From Oculina patagonica (lineage: Eukaryota): a stretch of 64,000 nt of DNA. The stretch spans positions 1,116,001 to 1,180,000 of the forward strand of contig NC_135763.1 in the NCBI RefSeq assembly GCF_052425735.1. The letters are read 5' to 3'. The translations under genes and the position numbers were made by a program. Numbering within the stretch: position 1 is the stretch's first letter; every line of letters starts with the position of its first letter. This document shows, one piece after another, positions 33,301-45,800 of this stretch. The notes under the pieces were generated by a model. The model did not search any database, was not told the origin of the DNA, and saw only the letters and a program-made list of their open reading frames with translations.

Positions 33301-36300
33301 CTTGCCATTTTTTTTTTATTTCAGACATTACAGGAAGTGGAGGTGAGATGTTTGATATTTTGGTAGTAATAAATTAATCAATGCTGGAATGTTACTTGGT
33401 TAAAAGGTTTAGGGGAATACCGTAAATTCCGGTTATAAGCCCCCCTGCTTATAAGGCGTCCCGATTATAGGCCCAACTACCTGGAAACAAAAAAATACAT
33501 CCGATTATAAGCCTCCCTCTGCCAGATGGCAGTACTGAACAGGGCTAAATGTTGCTTTATTATGTGTTTTTAACTTAAAAACGTATTTCGATCAACACTC
33601 CCGTAGCTTATTTGAAATGTTTTTTTGTTCCGCTTATAAGCGCTCTTGGATAAAAGCCCCCCATTTATAAGCCCACACAAAACCCCTTACAAAGTTGTAT
33701 AAGCCCAGGGCTTATAACCGGAATTTTACGGTATTAATGTATTGCTGGAGGATGTTATGTAATGTTTAAATTATTAATGAGCAGCAGTGTTTTATCAAAT
33801 GTAAAACACGAGGTGCAGCCGAGCGTTTTAGACTTGATAAAACACGAACTGCGAATTTATTAAACGGCTTAAAAATTTTCTGATGTAGATCAACTCATTC
33901 TTGCACTAATATTTAGATTTGGGTTTATTTTGGCCAAGACAATTGGACGTAAAGTTTAGCCGTGTCTTTATCAGATATAAAGACACTCATTAAACATTAA
34001 TTTCTTTTGTATTTTCTTTATGAATTGTTAATGAGTTTTTTAAAGAGTGCTTATTTTAGTAATTTTTGTACATCTTAAGAAAACCATGTACTGCTGTCAG
34101 GGCACATGTACAAAAAGGTGAACGTGCAAATTCAAAAAAAGAGAGAGAGAGCTCACATGTACAATACAAGTGTTCATGTGAAACATATATAACTGGTATT
34201 TAATTTTGATAGGAGTTTCAGTCAGTGTAGAATGATGTAAACAGTGTAATCATTGAGCTTCTTCAACTATTTCATGTACTAGAAGAAGTGATGATCGTCA
34301 AGCTGATAAGATCTGACAATGCTGACTGATTAAAGCTTCCAATTAACAGACATTAATTTCTTCAGATGTGTCATTTAGCATTGTTTTTCTTTTCTGTTTA
34401 AATATTAGGTCAGGATTCCTTTGAATGTCAGTTTTAAAGTAAAAGGAAGAGATGTAGTTGTGGATATACAGCAAAATGTAAGTGTGTTTAGCGTTCTTGT
34501 CCAGGGCTCGAAAAAGGTGCGGTCCAGTCATCAGCGACAACTAGATTTTTGTTTAGGGCGAGTTACTTCTCCTTCTTACTTGCCCAAGGGGCAAGGGGGG
34601 GGGGGGGGGGTGGTCAAGCTGTTTGCCAACTAAATCATACTGAAAAGTAAGCTAAAAGAAGCATGAAATTGCCCTAAGCAAGCTAAATTTGAGAGGTACC
34701 TTCCAGAGGGCAAGCTATAATTCAAGTTTTTTTTCAAGCCCTGTTGTCATACATATACAGTACATCTCTTGTTTAATATTCGTCTGTACTAGTGGGAGAA
34801 ATTTTATTTTATTTCCTGAAATGGTGATCAACTTCTTAACTCTCCATGTGTATTGCTGTCCCAAGGGAAAATTTGCTGATCAATGTTTCGGTTAAGAGGA
34901 TTGCTAGACTTGTGCTTGAGGTAATCCTTGCCAAATGATCCTTTCATTTTTTTGTAAAAAAGTTTTTTGTCAGTAATGCTAGTTTCCTCTTTTATTCTTT
35001 GCAGCATTTAAAGGTTGGCTTGAAAGGACATCCTCCCATTGTCGACGGAGAGCTTCCAAAGAAGGTAACTAAACTCAATTTGCATTTGTTTTAATTTACT
35101 TTTGAATTTCTTTTGATCTCAAGAGCGTTCTGGGGGAAATAATTTTTGGCAAACTCATTTACATTGACTTTTTATTATTTTTCCATCAGGTTAAAATTGA
35201 AGAGTGTTCATGGGTGTTGCAGGATCAAAAAGATGTTGTTGTCTCACTAGAAAAGGTATGTCTTGATATATTTGAGTAACATTTATAAACCAAGGTAAAG
35301 CTTAGCAAAGAGAATGATTACAAGTCAGCAATGGTGGGGTTTATATGGGGGAGACAGGAACCTACTTATCAGTATTTTGGACTCTAAGAGATTTAAGTCT
35401 GAGTACTGACCAAGGTCACTGAACTGTATTCTTGGGCAAGATGTTTATCTTACAGTGTTTGAATAAATGGATGACTGCGAACAATTAGTATAACCTGACA
35501 AAAATGCCAGGTGTGACCGGCAATGGAGCTAGCATTATTATTCAGTCCATGTGCAGAAGAAGCACTCCTTATCATTGAACTTGCTATACAATAGACACCA
35601 AATCTCTGACAGAGCAGGTGACTTCAGTTGGCATGGCTGAAACCTGGCTAATTGTCATTAAATTGACCTTATATATATTGTGTTTTTCATGTCAGGTTAA
35701 TAAGATGGAGTGGTGGTCGAAATTAATAACAACAGATCCAGAGATTAACACTAAAAAGGTTCAGCCAGAGAATTCAAAGGTGAGAAATATTGCTGCCAGG
35801 GCACTGTACTCTGTTCACACATACCACAGTTAATGAACTCCTGTACCCCAGGTAGTGGATGTGTTGTGCCCCTATATAATGATAAGTGTGCTGGACTGAA
35901 TCAAGAACAAAGTTGTTAGTTTCTAAAGAAACTGTTGTGCTTGGTCAGTGCAAGGGATTTGGCAAAACTGATGTTTTAAGTGTAAGCCTTTCATCAGAGC
36001 CCTTGCCTTGTGTTTTTGGCAAGACATTTTTTCCCTCAATGCTTCTCTTTATCCAGGAATTCCCAGGAGTATAAATGCTGAGAAACCCATCTAGCATGGG
36101 AGGGGTGGGGGGGGGGGGAGCAGGAGTAGAAACAGTATACTGCTAAATGCTTCATGCTACTAAATCACTAAATGCAGACTTTGCTTTTCTGTTAACCCTG
36201 TATATTAACAAAACAGCAACAACACATACAGTATTTTCCATACAGTATGACACACTTTTGGTTTTTCTTTAAGCTTGGTGATTTAGACGAGGAGACAAGA

Positions 36301-37271
36301 GGGATGGTAGAAAAAATGATGTTCGACCAAAGACAAAAAGCAGTGAGTATCTTGGTGTAAGGGTTGAGTAATTTTTTTTCTCGCACATTGATTTTGACAA
36401 TGCTTTCATGAGCATGGCAAAACGTTGTTCTCTGCTTCTTTCGCTAGCTTTATTTTAAAATGATCAACAAAAATGATCTATAATTCAAATTTTTGTTGTT
36501 GTAATCATGGAATTATCAAGTAAAATAAGTACGGAGTTCATTGAAAAATTCGATTGAAAAACATGACGACTAGTATTTAAGAAAAACTTGTATTTAATCT
36601 TGCTTGGACAATAATAACATACTCTTTTTCTCTTGTAGATGGGATTACCCACCTCTGAAGAACAGAAAAAGCAAGATGTCCTTAAAAAGTGAGTACATTT
36701 CTTACAGATATGCCAGTGTACAACCATGCTGAAGTGTTTTAAGCCTTATGCAGTTGAGAAAATAGAACCCTGTGAGCAGATTATTCACCCAGAAAATATT
36801 TAGAGGGTTTCAAGTCTTTTCCCACCTCTCCATGTCTTATCTTTAAGGAAGTACAATTATTATTATAGCTTGTTAATTATTCTAATGCTTCTAATTATTA
36901 TTATTATAGCTTGTAGATAGGTAGTCACAGGTTCAGCACACCAGAAATAATAAAGTGTTTACTTTAGTCCGTCCACAGACCCTTGATTTTTCTTGAAAGT
37001 TTGTCGAGAGTGCACAAGCAAAATACAAATTGCAGGGGATTTGAACGAGGGCGATTGCAACTGGGTGTTGGTTATGGGTGTGTGTGTGTAGGGGGGGGGG
37101 GGGGCAGGGGGTCGCTCATGCTTTGTGCTTCAGTCTTGTTCACTTGATAGCTTGAAAAAAAAAAGAAACGTCTTTGGAGTGAGAGTGTTTACTGTAGTAC
37201 ATTTGTTTCTTTTCATCAGGTTTATGGAGCAACATCCAGAGATGGACTTTTCTAAAGCCAAGTTTTCTTGA
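30334..37271 (+). CDS. NUDC: Nuclear migration protein NudC (12 exons)
   Basis: Exons 30334-30411, 31341-31463, 32263-32475, 32735-32842, 33325-33342, 34409-34477, 35005-35064, 35190-35255, 35696-35779, 36274-36342, 36639-36688, 37220-37271. Signature peptides '[17 protein letters not shown]', '[12 protein letters not shown]', '[22 protein letters not shown]', '[34 protein letters not shown]', '[16 protein letters not shown]'. Confidence 0.95.
31039..31309 (+). mobile_element. tRNA-derived SINE in NudC intron 1
   Basis: TGGGAGGCGCAGTGGCCTAATGGTTAG...GGTTCAAGACC; 15-bp TSD TACTGTAAC(C/T)AACAG at 31024 and 31310. Confidence 0.85.
33091..33282. mobile_element. Short TIR element related in end motif to 20190-21144
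   Basis: TGTGTTGTTCCAGAAAATATCCATAC / GTATGGATATTTTATGGAACTACACA; a decayed relative lies at ~42170-42390. Confidence 0.65.
33420..33732. mobile_element. pogo-type MITE
   Basis: TIR CCGTAAATTCCGGTTATAAGCCC with TA flanks and internal TATAAGCCC repeats. Confidence 0.75.
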
Positions 37272-38177
37272 ATGGAATTGAGCTCGACAAACTCGAAATC
37301 GAGTCAAGTTACGAGTACAGTGCTTCAAATTAAATATCAAGCGAGGACTCTAAAGATTGTATTCACAATTAGAACATTATAGTGTGGTTTTCTCCTCTTA
37401 TTTTATGGAAGACTTAGTGCTTGAAAGAACCGCCTGTTATCTAAAGGACTTTGCACGGTCAGTATTTTTGTGTTTTTAGCGCAAATTTCTAATTGGCTCT
37501 CTTTTTCTTTTCAAGGATAAGCCTTTAGATGGCCTAAATAGGTAAATGGCCTAAGTGGTATAAATAGCACTGGAGTACAAAGAAATTAAGTTGAAAATAT
37601 GTGGATTTGAAACCATTCATACTGACCAATCTAAGGAATTAAAGTCACTTCAATAGATCAGCCTTGAAGTCCGCTTTTCTGTTATATGTCCTTCGCATGC
37701 AAAGAAGCTTTCCTTATGCGACTTATGCCTGCTGCACCCAATAAAATCTGGAAAAAGGCCGTGAGAGCCATACCCAGTTCCACCCAACAAGCAAACGTTT
37801 GCTCTCCCAGAACTACAGTCAAACCTCTGTTTAGGGACACGTGTATTATACGAACACCTCCTCAGCAGTTCTCTTAGCCCAGAAAAGACCAAAATCCACA
37901 CTGGTGAACGGAAGTCTATCTCTTTAATATAGTACAGACACCTCCATAATACTTTTTAAACACTTTTCACCTCCGTAATACACCAAGCCCTTTGATTGTA
38001 TTACATTTGTTAAACGGGTCGAAAACAAAGAAACAAGGATGGTAGAACCCGGTTTCTAGAAGCCTCGATTTCTCTCAACCTCCCAATAAACTCCAACCAA
38101 AAGTTGTTTCCCTTGGATTTGCTTCACGAAGTCGATGCTGTAATTTTACCCCTGATTTCTCGTTTCCCTTGGAGGAT

Positions 38178-38298
38178 TAGCCTGCGTGGCCGGCGTTCAA
38201 AGGGGAAGGTGAAGGCCGAGAAGGGGAGTTCGAGCGCGATGCGCTTCACCTTCGAACTGCCCTTCTTCTTCCCCTTTGAACGCCGGCCACGCAGGCTA
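38178..38298. mobile_element. 121-bp hairpin TAG..CTA element
   Basis: TIR TAGCCTGCGTGGCCGGCGTTCAAAGGGGAAG; exact 9-bp TSD TTGGAGGAT. Confidence 0.8.
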
Positions 38299-38507
38299 TT
38301 GGAGGATAAAAAAATACGTTTGTGACAACTTAAAGCAAGATGAAGTCGGGGAAAAATAATGCTCTTGTCCTGTGTGCGGTTGATCTTGTATAAAACTACT
38401 TGCGGTTGTCTTGCTCACTGAACCTGGTGTAAGAACCTGTGAAACTCACCAGTGACGTAAAACAAAGAACTACCAAGATAACGAACCCGGGATAACAAAG
38501 AACCGTA

Positions 38508-39036
38508 TAACCTGCGATCAGGCGTTATTTTTCTCGCGGCGGTGTAGTAAAACAAGAAAGCCTGATCCCCGGGGGGGGCACTCCCCTATATGGCCTATAC
38601 GGGGACGTGCCGCTGGATAGGGTATGGTTTTTTACTCCTCCGGTCCTGAACAGGGTATATAATTTCAAGCTCCTCTGTCCTAAACAGGGCCTGAAGCTGT
38701 CCTAGACAGGGTATGGCTGCAAGACTGTCGTCCATGTATTTACATTGTTTTCGCTTTTGCTTCAATAAAAAGCATTATTTTATTCGGCCGGATAGGCGTT
38801 TTTGTATTTCAATGCTTCAAACATCGCGTATGGGACGCAATCACCATAAAGCGTAAATGATTGTTGATGTTGTCCTTTGTCCTAAATAGGGTCTTAGAAT
38901 AGGGGGTGTTGTCCTACACAGGGTAGGCATTTTAAGTTTTTATTGTCCTAAACAGGGTCAGGGTTTCAAACCTCCAGCGGCACCCCTATACCTAAACTTA
39001 GGTCAAGTACCCCCCCCGGGGCCTGATCGCAGGTTA
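38508..39036. mobile_element. TAA..TTA variant element (9-bp TSD) with a nested hAT-like MITE (38568-39020, 8-bp TSD)
   Basis: Outer TIR TAACCTGCGATCAGGC with TSD AGAACCGTA; inner CCCGGGGGGG..CCCCCCCGGG with TSD GCCTGATC that duplicates part of the outer right TIR. Confidence 0.8.
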
Positions 39037-39404
39037 AGAACCGTAAAGAATATGAAGCAGAAAAACAATAGCTCCAAATCAAAGATAAAATTTCACAGTT
39101 TCTTTCTCCTAGATAAACCCACTGAAGCGAGTGTTCTTTATACTGGTACTTTTGAAGAAATATTATATATATCATGTGATAGAGAAACGGAAGAGAACAC
39201 CCTGTACGCCACCTTGCAGGGTTACTAATGTAGTAGATTCTGGTCCTTTTCTCTGAGTTTCGAAACTACAGAGAAAAAGTCAGATTCCAACCCTTGTTTT
39301 GAAGATACCGATAGAAGAACTGACAGACAATATTCACGAGTCATTCGTATAAACAAGAAGCTCTCTCCGCAATTAACCCGTTCAGTTTTCAAGTTCAGTT
39401 TAGT

Positions 39405-39406
<2 letters not shown>

Positions 39407-39437
<31 letters not shown>
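39407..39437 (+). repeat. (CAAT)n microsatellite upstream of KIF20
   Basis: Direct reading. Confidence 0.85.
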
Positions 39438-39619
39438 CTCCACTCGCTTCGCTCGCGGAAACCCCACCCGGGAGCCTGTTCCCAGGTTATGCTAATATGC
39501 CAAGTTCACTTTCTCTCTTTTTAAGTAACGAATATTTCCAAAATGGATTTTTGCTCCTCTCTGTCCTCTAAAAGATATTTCTTATATTTTTGTTCAAGGA
39601 AAAGAAGAAAAGGTAAGAA

Positions 39620-39755
39620 TTTATTTTCCCCGCCAAAACCGAGCAAGATCAAACTTGCCCGCCGATCACGCGCCAGCGGTTCAGTCTGACCAGCGGCGCT
39701 TCCTAATGAACCAATCAGAAGGAAGTGAAATCAACGGAGTGGCAATTTCGAAAGT
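39620..39755 (+). promoter_or_regulatory. Putative cell-cycle promoter of the KIF20-like gene
   Basis: E2F-like TTTTCCCCGCCAAAA at 39624-39638, CCAATCAG at 39711, CHR-like TTTCGAA at 39746-39752, 110-240 bp upstream of the ATG. Confidence 0.45.
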
Positions 39756-39862
39756 GTGCCTTCATTTCTGTTGATGTCGAGATTGTTAGTACAAATTTCT
39801 TTGCTAAAGATTGTCGCATTTATCCATCGTATTCGTTAGGATTTGTTGTGAGCTGGAAAGCA

Positions 39863-42800
39863 ATGTCTGAACAGCAACATAACTGTGTTTCGGACGGCGA
39901 AGAAGACCTAGACGAGAGTCAAATCGACCATCCAATCCACAACGATGCCGACATTCGCAAAAATCTCTTCGACGAATTTGACGCTCCCGCAAAGAAGACA
40001 TCCTCGGAAAGTTCTGGGCGAGAATACATGAAAGCTTATTTGCGAGTCCGCCCTTTTAGTAACGAAGAAATTGAGGCAAATGAAAATCAACAATGTGTTG
40101 AAAAAGAGAGCCGTACAAGCGTTTTGATGAACGCTCCGAAGGAATCATTTGCATTCAAAAACAGCACTCGAGCTGGCGGCGAGATTTCGCATCGATTTTC
40201 GTTCACCAATGTGTTCGACGAAGAAACAACGCAAAAAGCGTTCTTTGATGAAACAACACTGCCCTTGGTGACTGATTTTATTCACGGGCAAAATTGTTTG
40301 GTCTTCACGTACGGAGTAACGAACTCAGGAAAGGTGAGCGATAACGAGTACATGTGAGCTTTGATGTGTGTAAGCTTTACTGAAATTAACCAGAGATCAA
40401 GGATAAAATGTCGCTTTAAAACACTTAATATTCAAGCTTATATAAAAAACTATAGTAACAGAGTTTAAACTGGGTGATTTTATGCCCCGAGTGTAAGTGT
40501 TAACGTTACCTTTCGCCGAAAGGTAATCGCTCACACTCGGGGCATAAAATTCCGAAAAACGTTCTGAATTAACGAGCTCGCGGCTCAATCAGGCGAATCT
40601 TGATTCAGTAATTTCAGTTCGCGTTGTTTATTACTTTTACAATGTTGTGGATGTAGAAAAAGTATAAAGGGCACAGTTTTCAAAATCAGAAATACTCAAG
40701 CTTTGAAATCAAAATTGAATCAAAACCACATACACCCCAAATCATTTTTTTTTGCACATCTTTGAATGAACCCAAGCCTAATTCGCTGCAAATTGTTTAA
40801 AACTGAACTGAATCAAGTAAAGCAATAGTTTTACAGAACAGTAACTACTGCAATACAATGATAAAATAATTGTGTAATTTGTCCTGATTGTGCATTTCAG
40901 ACATACACAATACAGGGGACCCCTAAGGATGGTGGAGTACTCCCAAGAAGTCTTGACGTGTTGTTTAACAGTATTGAGGGAAAGCATTATAATAGGATGA
41001 ATCTTAAGCCAAGATTCTGCACAGATGTAACAAGACTCACAGATGACGAGGAACACAGAGAGAATGAATACAAAAATGCTTTGCTTTCATCTCTCGATAA
41101 AGAGGTTTGCTTTATCTTGCATTGTTTATAGATTTTCTCATAGTGATCATGTCTTGAAATGAGAGGGGTATTTAGCTTTATCAAAAGTTTCTTCTCCCAA
41201 GAAGGGAATGAAATGACTCTCATAAAAATTCTTGGAGGACCAGGGGCTGTATTTTATTGAGAGTGTTGCCCATGGCTAATCTAAGGGAGTGGTCATTATT
41301 TATGGGGAGTGGGGGGTTGGAGAATGGGAGGGGGGGGGGAAGTTTGATCGCCTGTAAATGGAGGACAAAAAAGTTTTCGCATCCCTTATGGGGGGGTCAA
41401 AAAAGTTTGGTTGACAACCACCTGATGTCCATTTCTAGTAATGCAAAGGGAAACCTCTCTGTAAATAAAACTCTGGCTAAGGTATAAACACATTGACAAA
41501 TGACTGGTCAAATTGCTACTATTGGCTTATTTACAATGTCCTATCAACGTTTTTCTATCAATCTCTATCTAGTTAATCTGATATGGGTTGATGACACTCC
41601 CATTTAGAGGGTCACCTCACACCCGCTTCTTTAAGTCACCATTTCACAATTGGTATCTGGGAGGCCATGGGTTCAATTCTCAGATTTTTTCTTTGTCTCA
41701 CACTTGTGACAGATTATCATTTTACCTATTGTTTTTGTTGTTGTCAGGTTTAACTAAGGGTTTGGCTACCCTCTATGGATCTAGATTATCAATAAAATAT
41801 CAGTAACAGTTTAGCTACATGTAGTCGAATGAGGTGTCCAAAAAAATCTTACAAAGTATTTCTATTTCTTTGATGAATCAGTAAATCATTTACATGATGT
41901 CTTTTTGATGCTGAGCAGGTTTTTAATTTAAGTATTCAAGTAGCTCAGTCAGCGGCAAAGTGACCATTTGTTGGTCACTTAGTTTTTGATCCTCTGTTGA
42001 TTGCGGGTGGGGGGGGGGGCTAAAAAAGTTTGCTTGATCCTAAAGGGGGTGGGGGCATAAAAAGTTTCTGATGTTGCCTCCCATTCACCAACCCCTCCCC
42101 TCCCCATAAATAATGACCACTCCTTAACATGTTTGGATCTTCTTAGGGTGTACGCCTCTGCCAAAAAAATTGTGCTGTTTTAGAAAAATTAATATCAATA
42201 CCCACACCATGGAAGGTTTCTTGGGTTTAACCCTCCCCCCCCCCCCCCCCCACCCCACCGCTTTGGAATTTCCATTTCAGCTTTGTACTTTCTTTTTAAA
42301 ATATTTCACTTTTGAGATTCCCCTCTCCCTTTACATTTCCAGTGACCTTCCATGTGGTAGTGTGGGTATGGAAAATATCTGGAACCTGCACATACTTCCC
42401 TCAACTTATGCCGATACAGTTGTATGAGGTGATGTGTTTACCATTTCCCTGCAAAAAACGGTTGGAATGCCCATTGGATAGTGCTAATTGTCTTTCAAAA
42501 ATCAGCAAACCAACCAAAAGATTGAAATAGTGTTCAAAGTGTTTATAATTTGGTTTCCAGATACTGTTTTTCTTTTTGAATTTCTAGTTTTGAATTTTTT
42601 ATTGGTTTGTACCAACAAGGACAAAAGGGTTCTTTAAAACCTTAAATGTAGCCGTTAAATTACCAACCAAAATTACTAGAAAAAAACTGTTCATTCGTTT
42701 TCCACCAAACTTCAGCAGGGATAATTTATTGTTGACAGCAATCTTTTGTGCCTTTTAGACTTTTGACATCAATGCTCTTCTGAAACTGGACCAAGATTCC

Positions 42801-45800
42801 ACTGCTGAATTGTCAAAGGCCAGCTGCGCTGATGAATCAGCTCTACATAACACAATCAACTGCAAGAGTCAGGAGGGAGAACATGAAGGTAACTGAAATT
42901 TCTATTTGGGTGTCCATAATTAGTTTTATTAATAACTTTTGATTTTGAAATTTTCATAAAAAGATAAGTGGGGGCCCATATTCTGAAGGAAGTTCTGCAA
43001 GTAGTTCACATAATAGGTGTTCTTTTTATGTTTGGAAACAAAACTTGCCATAAAAGTTCTATTGATCCCCCCCCCCCCCCCATTTTCCCCTCAGGTGGAG
43101 AGAGCCATCTAAAGACCTTTACAGGTGGGGAGGGTGGAGGACTTAATAGAGACAAAGGCTTATTAGAGAAAGGGGCTTATTTCCAACTAGACTAATTTAC
43201 ATGCAAGTAACACATTTTCACAAAACAGTAACAAAGTTTATGCTGTGGACGGGTAACTTTATACATGTTGTGAAAGGAACTTGACTGTTTTCTTATTCAT
43301 AATTAATATGACCATCTCTCCATCTAGAGAAGAAGGAGGGGTGGGTAGGGGTATAGAAAACATTGAACTCCCAGCAGAATATTGCTCTTGCTGTCATAAT
43401 GCTGTCCATCCTCGGAGACCCAGGGGCAGTTAGTAGTTTTTGTTGCTACAATTTCTGCCTAATTTATTCCTTCGTTTCGCCCCACTAACTGACCAACGTG
43501 TTGTTTGACAGTCGTCAGGATGTCCTAATAGAATAAAATTAATTTTAGTTTAACTGTGATTGCAGATCACCCATCGATGGATATTGATGAAAATATCTCC
43601 AGAGTAGCAGATGACACCACGATCAATGTGGATGCCCAAGGACCAGTGAAATTTTCAGTTTGGGTTTCTTTTGCTGAAATCTACAATGAAACAATCTATG
43701 ACTTGTTGGAACCATGTCCAACAGGTAAGGGCAAAAAGAGGACTACACTCAGACTTGGTGATGATACAAATGGAAACCCCTACATTAAAGGTGAGTTTAT
43801 TCCTCAACAGCGGTTCTTTTGATTAACAGATTGATACAAATGTAGTTCTATTCTAAAGGCCTGGCCCAACGGAAACTCAAGTGGACGCAAGTTGAAAACT
43901 TGCATCTACTCGCATCCACTTGGCACTAGCATTGACTTGCACTCACTTTGGTCAAGATCAAATTTACATGCAAGACAATGCAAGTTTTTCACCGTTTGGC
44001 ATCCGCAACACAAGTCTTGCTGTTAAATTCAAGTGCAGCACGCACAGTAGCATTGAAATGGCTTTTTGACAACTTGCATGCACTTGGGAGTAAACTTTTT
44101 TTGAGTCTGTTGGGCCAGCCAATGTAAGTCTGTACACAAGTTCAACTTGCCTTGCCGTTTGGCCAGGGCTTAAGAGTTTGGAGTGCATCAAAAAGACATT
44201 AAAGTGTACCCCGTGCATCCTTCACTGCTTGGAAAAGACAAACTCTTGCTTTCTCATGCTTGCTGAGTTCTGTCTCTGAAGATGGTTATAAAGTGGAGTC
44301 GCTTTCTCTTAGTCTAACAACATTTTACAGACTGAGTGTAAAGCAGTTGGGTTTGCTGAAATGTTCTGTTCTGGCTGGTACTGTACAGTTCCTCCCGTTG
44401 CTTTTTCAATTAATTTGTACAAGTTTGAAATAAGGCACACACGTAAAGCATTTTTCAGAATTGATGAATAAAAACCAGGTTTGACAAATATTACACATAA
44501 GTTCTAATAAATCTGTTTTATTTTCAGGATTGAGAGACATTTATGTTTCTAATGCTGATGAAGCATACAAGGTAAGAAACACCATTTTGTAATTCTTGCT
44601 TCCTTCAGTCCATTTCCTATCCTTCCATTTCTTCTTCATTCAATATTTAATTTAATAATAATCTTAATGCAAAAAAATATAATTATAGTAAATGATTTTT
44701 TTTTTCAGATTCTTAAGATTGGGCAAAAGAATCAAAGAATAGCATCAACAAAGTTGAACCAGTGCTCAAGTCGAAGGTAAATACTAGTACAGTTAAAATT
44801 TGGTTTAACATGTTAATAGTGTATTATTAAACTGTTATTCTGTCTGGAGACTTGACAATATATTTGCTTTACTCTTCAGCCACTGTATCTTCAGCGTGAA
44901 GGTTCTGCGAGTTGTGGATGTTGAAGATCCTCATGTTGCACGAGTCAGTAGGTAGGTAATTTACCTGTAGGGAAAAACCTTTTGTCACAGTTTTTCACAT
45001 AATTGTTTCTACATCCATGTGACTGACCGAATCTTTTATAGAAGCCTTATGTGTTAACTGTATAGACATGTAGCTACAGTGTATCAAGCCATGTGATGTA
45101 ATAAAAGGTCCATTCTTTGGGATGACCTGGACCAGGATCAATGATCCAAGATCACTCGGATCATGGTGCATCAAAGGAACTGATAAATCCATAAGCCAGT
45201 GTGGATCTATCGGTTGCAAAGGAACACACCCAAAATCATGTGTACATGTAATGAGCCATTCCTATGCTATAAGTGGACACAAGGGAGACAGCGTGGCCGA
45301 AAAGGGCGCTGTTGTTGTAACCCAGAGGTCCAGGGTTCGAAACCTCCACCCTGCCACTAGCTGGATTTGTTTTCGGTCGTCCCGAGTTCAAATTCACGGT
45401 CACTCTTTGTATATAGCAAACTGGTCTGCCTCCTGCCAGTTGGGATTTTTAGTCATGTTATGTTCATTAAGAATATTTGTTTCCTCTGCTATTACCGGTA
45501 CTCTGTTAGCTAAATTTTCCTCGCAGTATCCCTATGCTCTGCAAATAAGAAATGAAATAATGATAAATCTCCTTTCCCATCACTTACAGAACACTCAGAG
45601 AAACACTAAACTAATATATCTTCATTTATTTTGCAGACTTTCGTTTGTGGATCTTGCGGGCTCTGAGCGTTATTCCAAAACGCAGAGCAAGGGAGACAGA
45701 CTTAAAGAAGCTGGAAACATCAATACTTCATTGATGACTCTTGGAAAATGCCTTGAATATCTGCGATATAATCAGAGAAACCCGTAAGTGATGTATAAGA

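Noticed and set aside
45122-45636. N-terminal 170 aa of the 221-aa ORF
   Set aside because: Read-through of intronic MITE and SINE sequence; only 45637-45783 is a kinesin exon.
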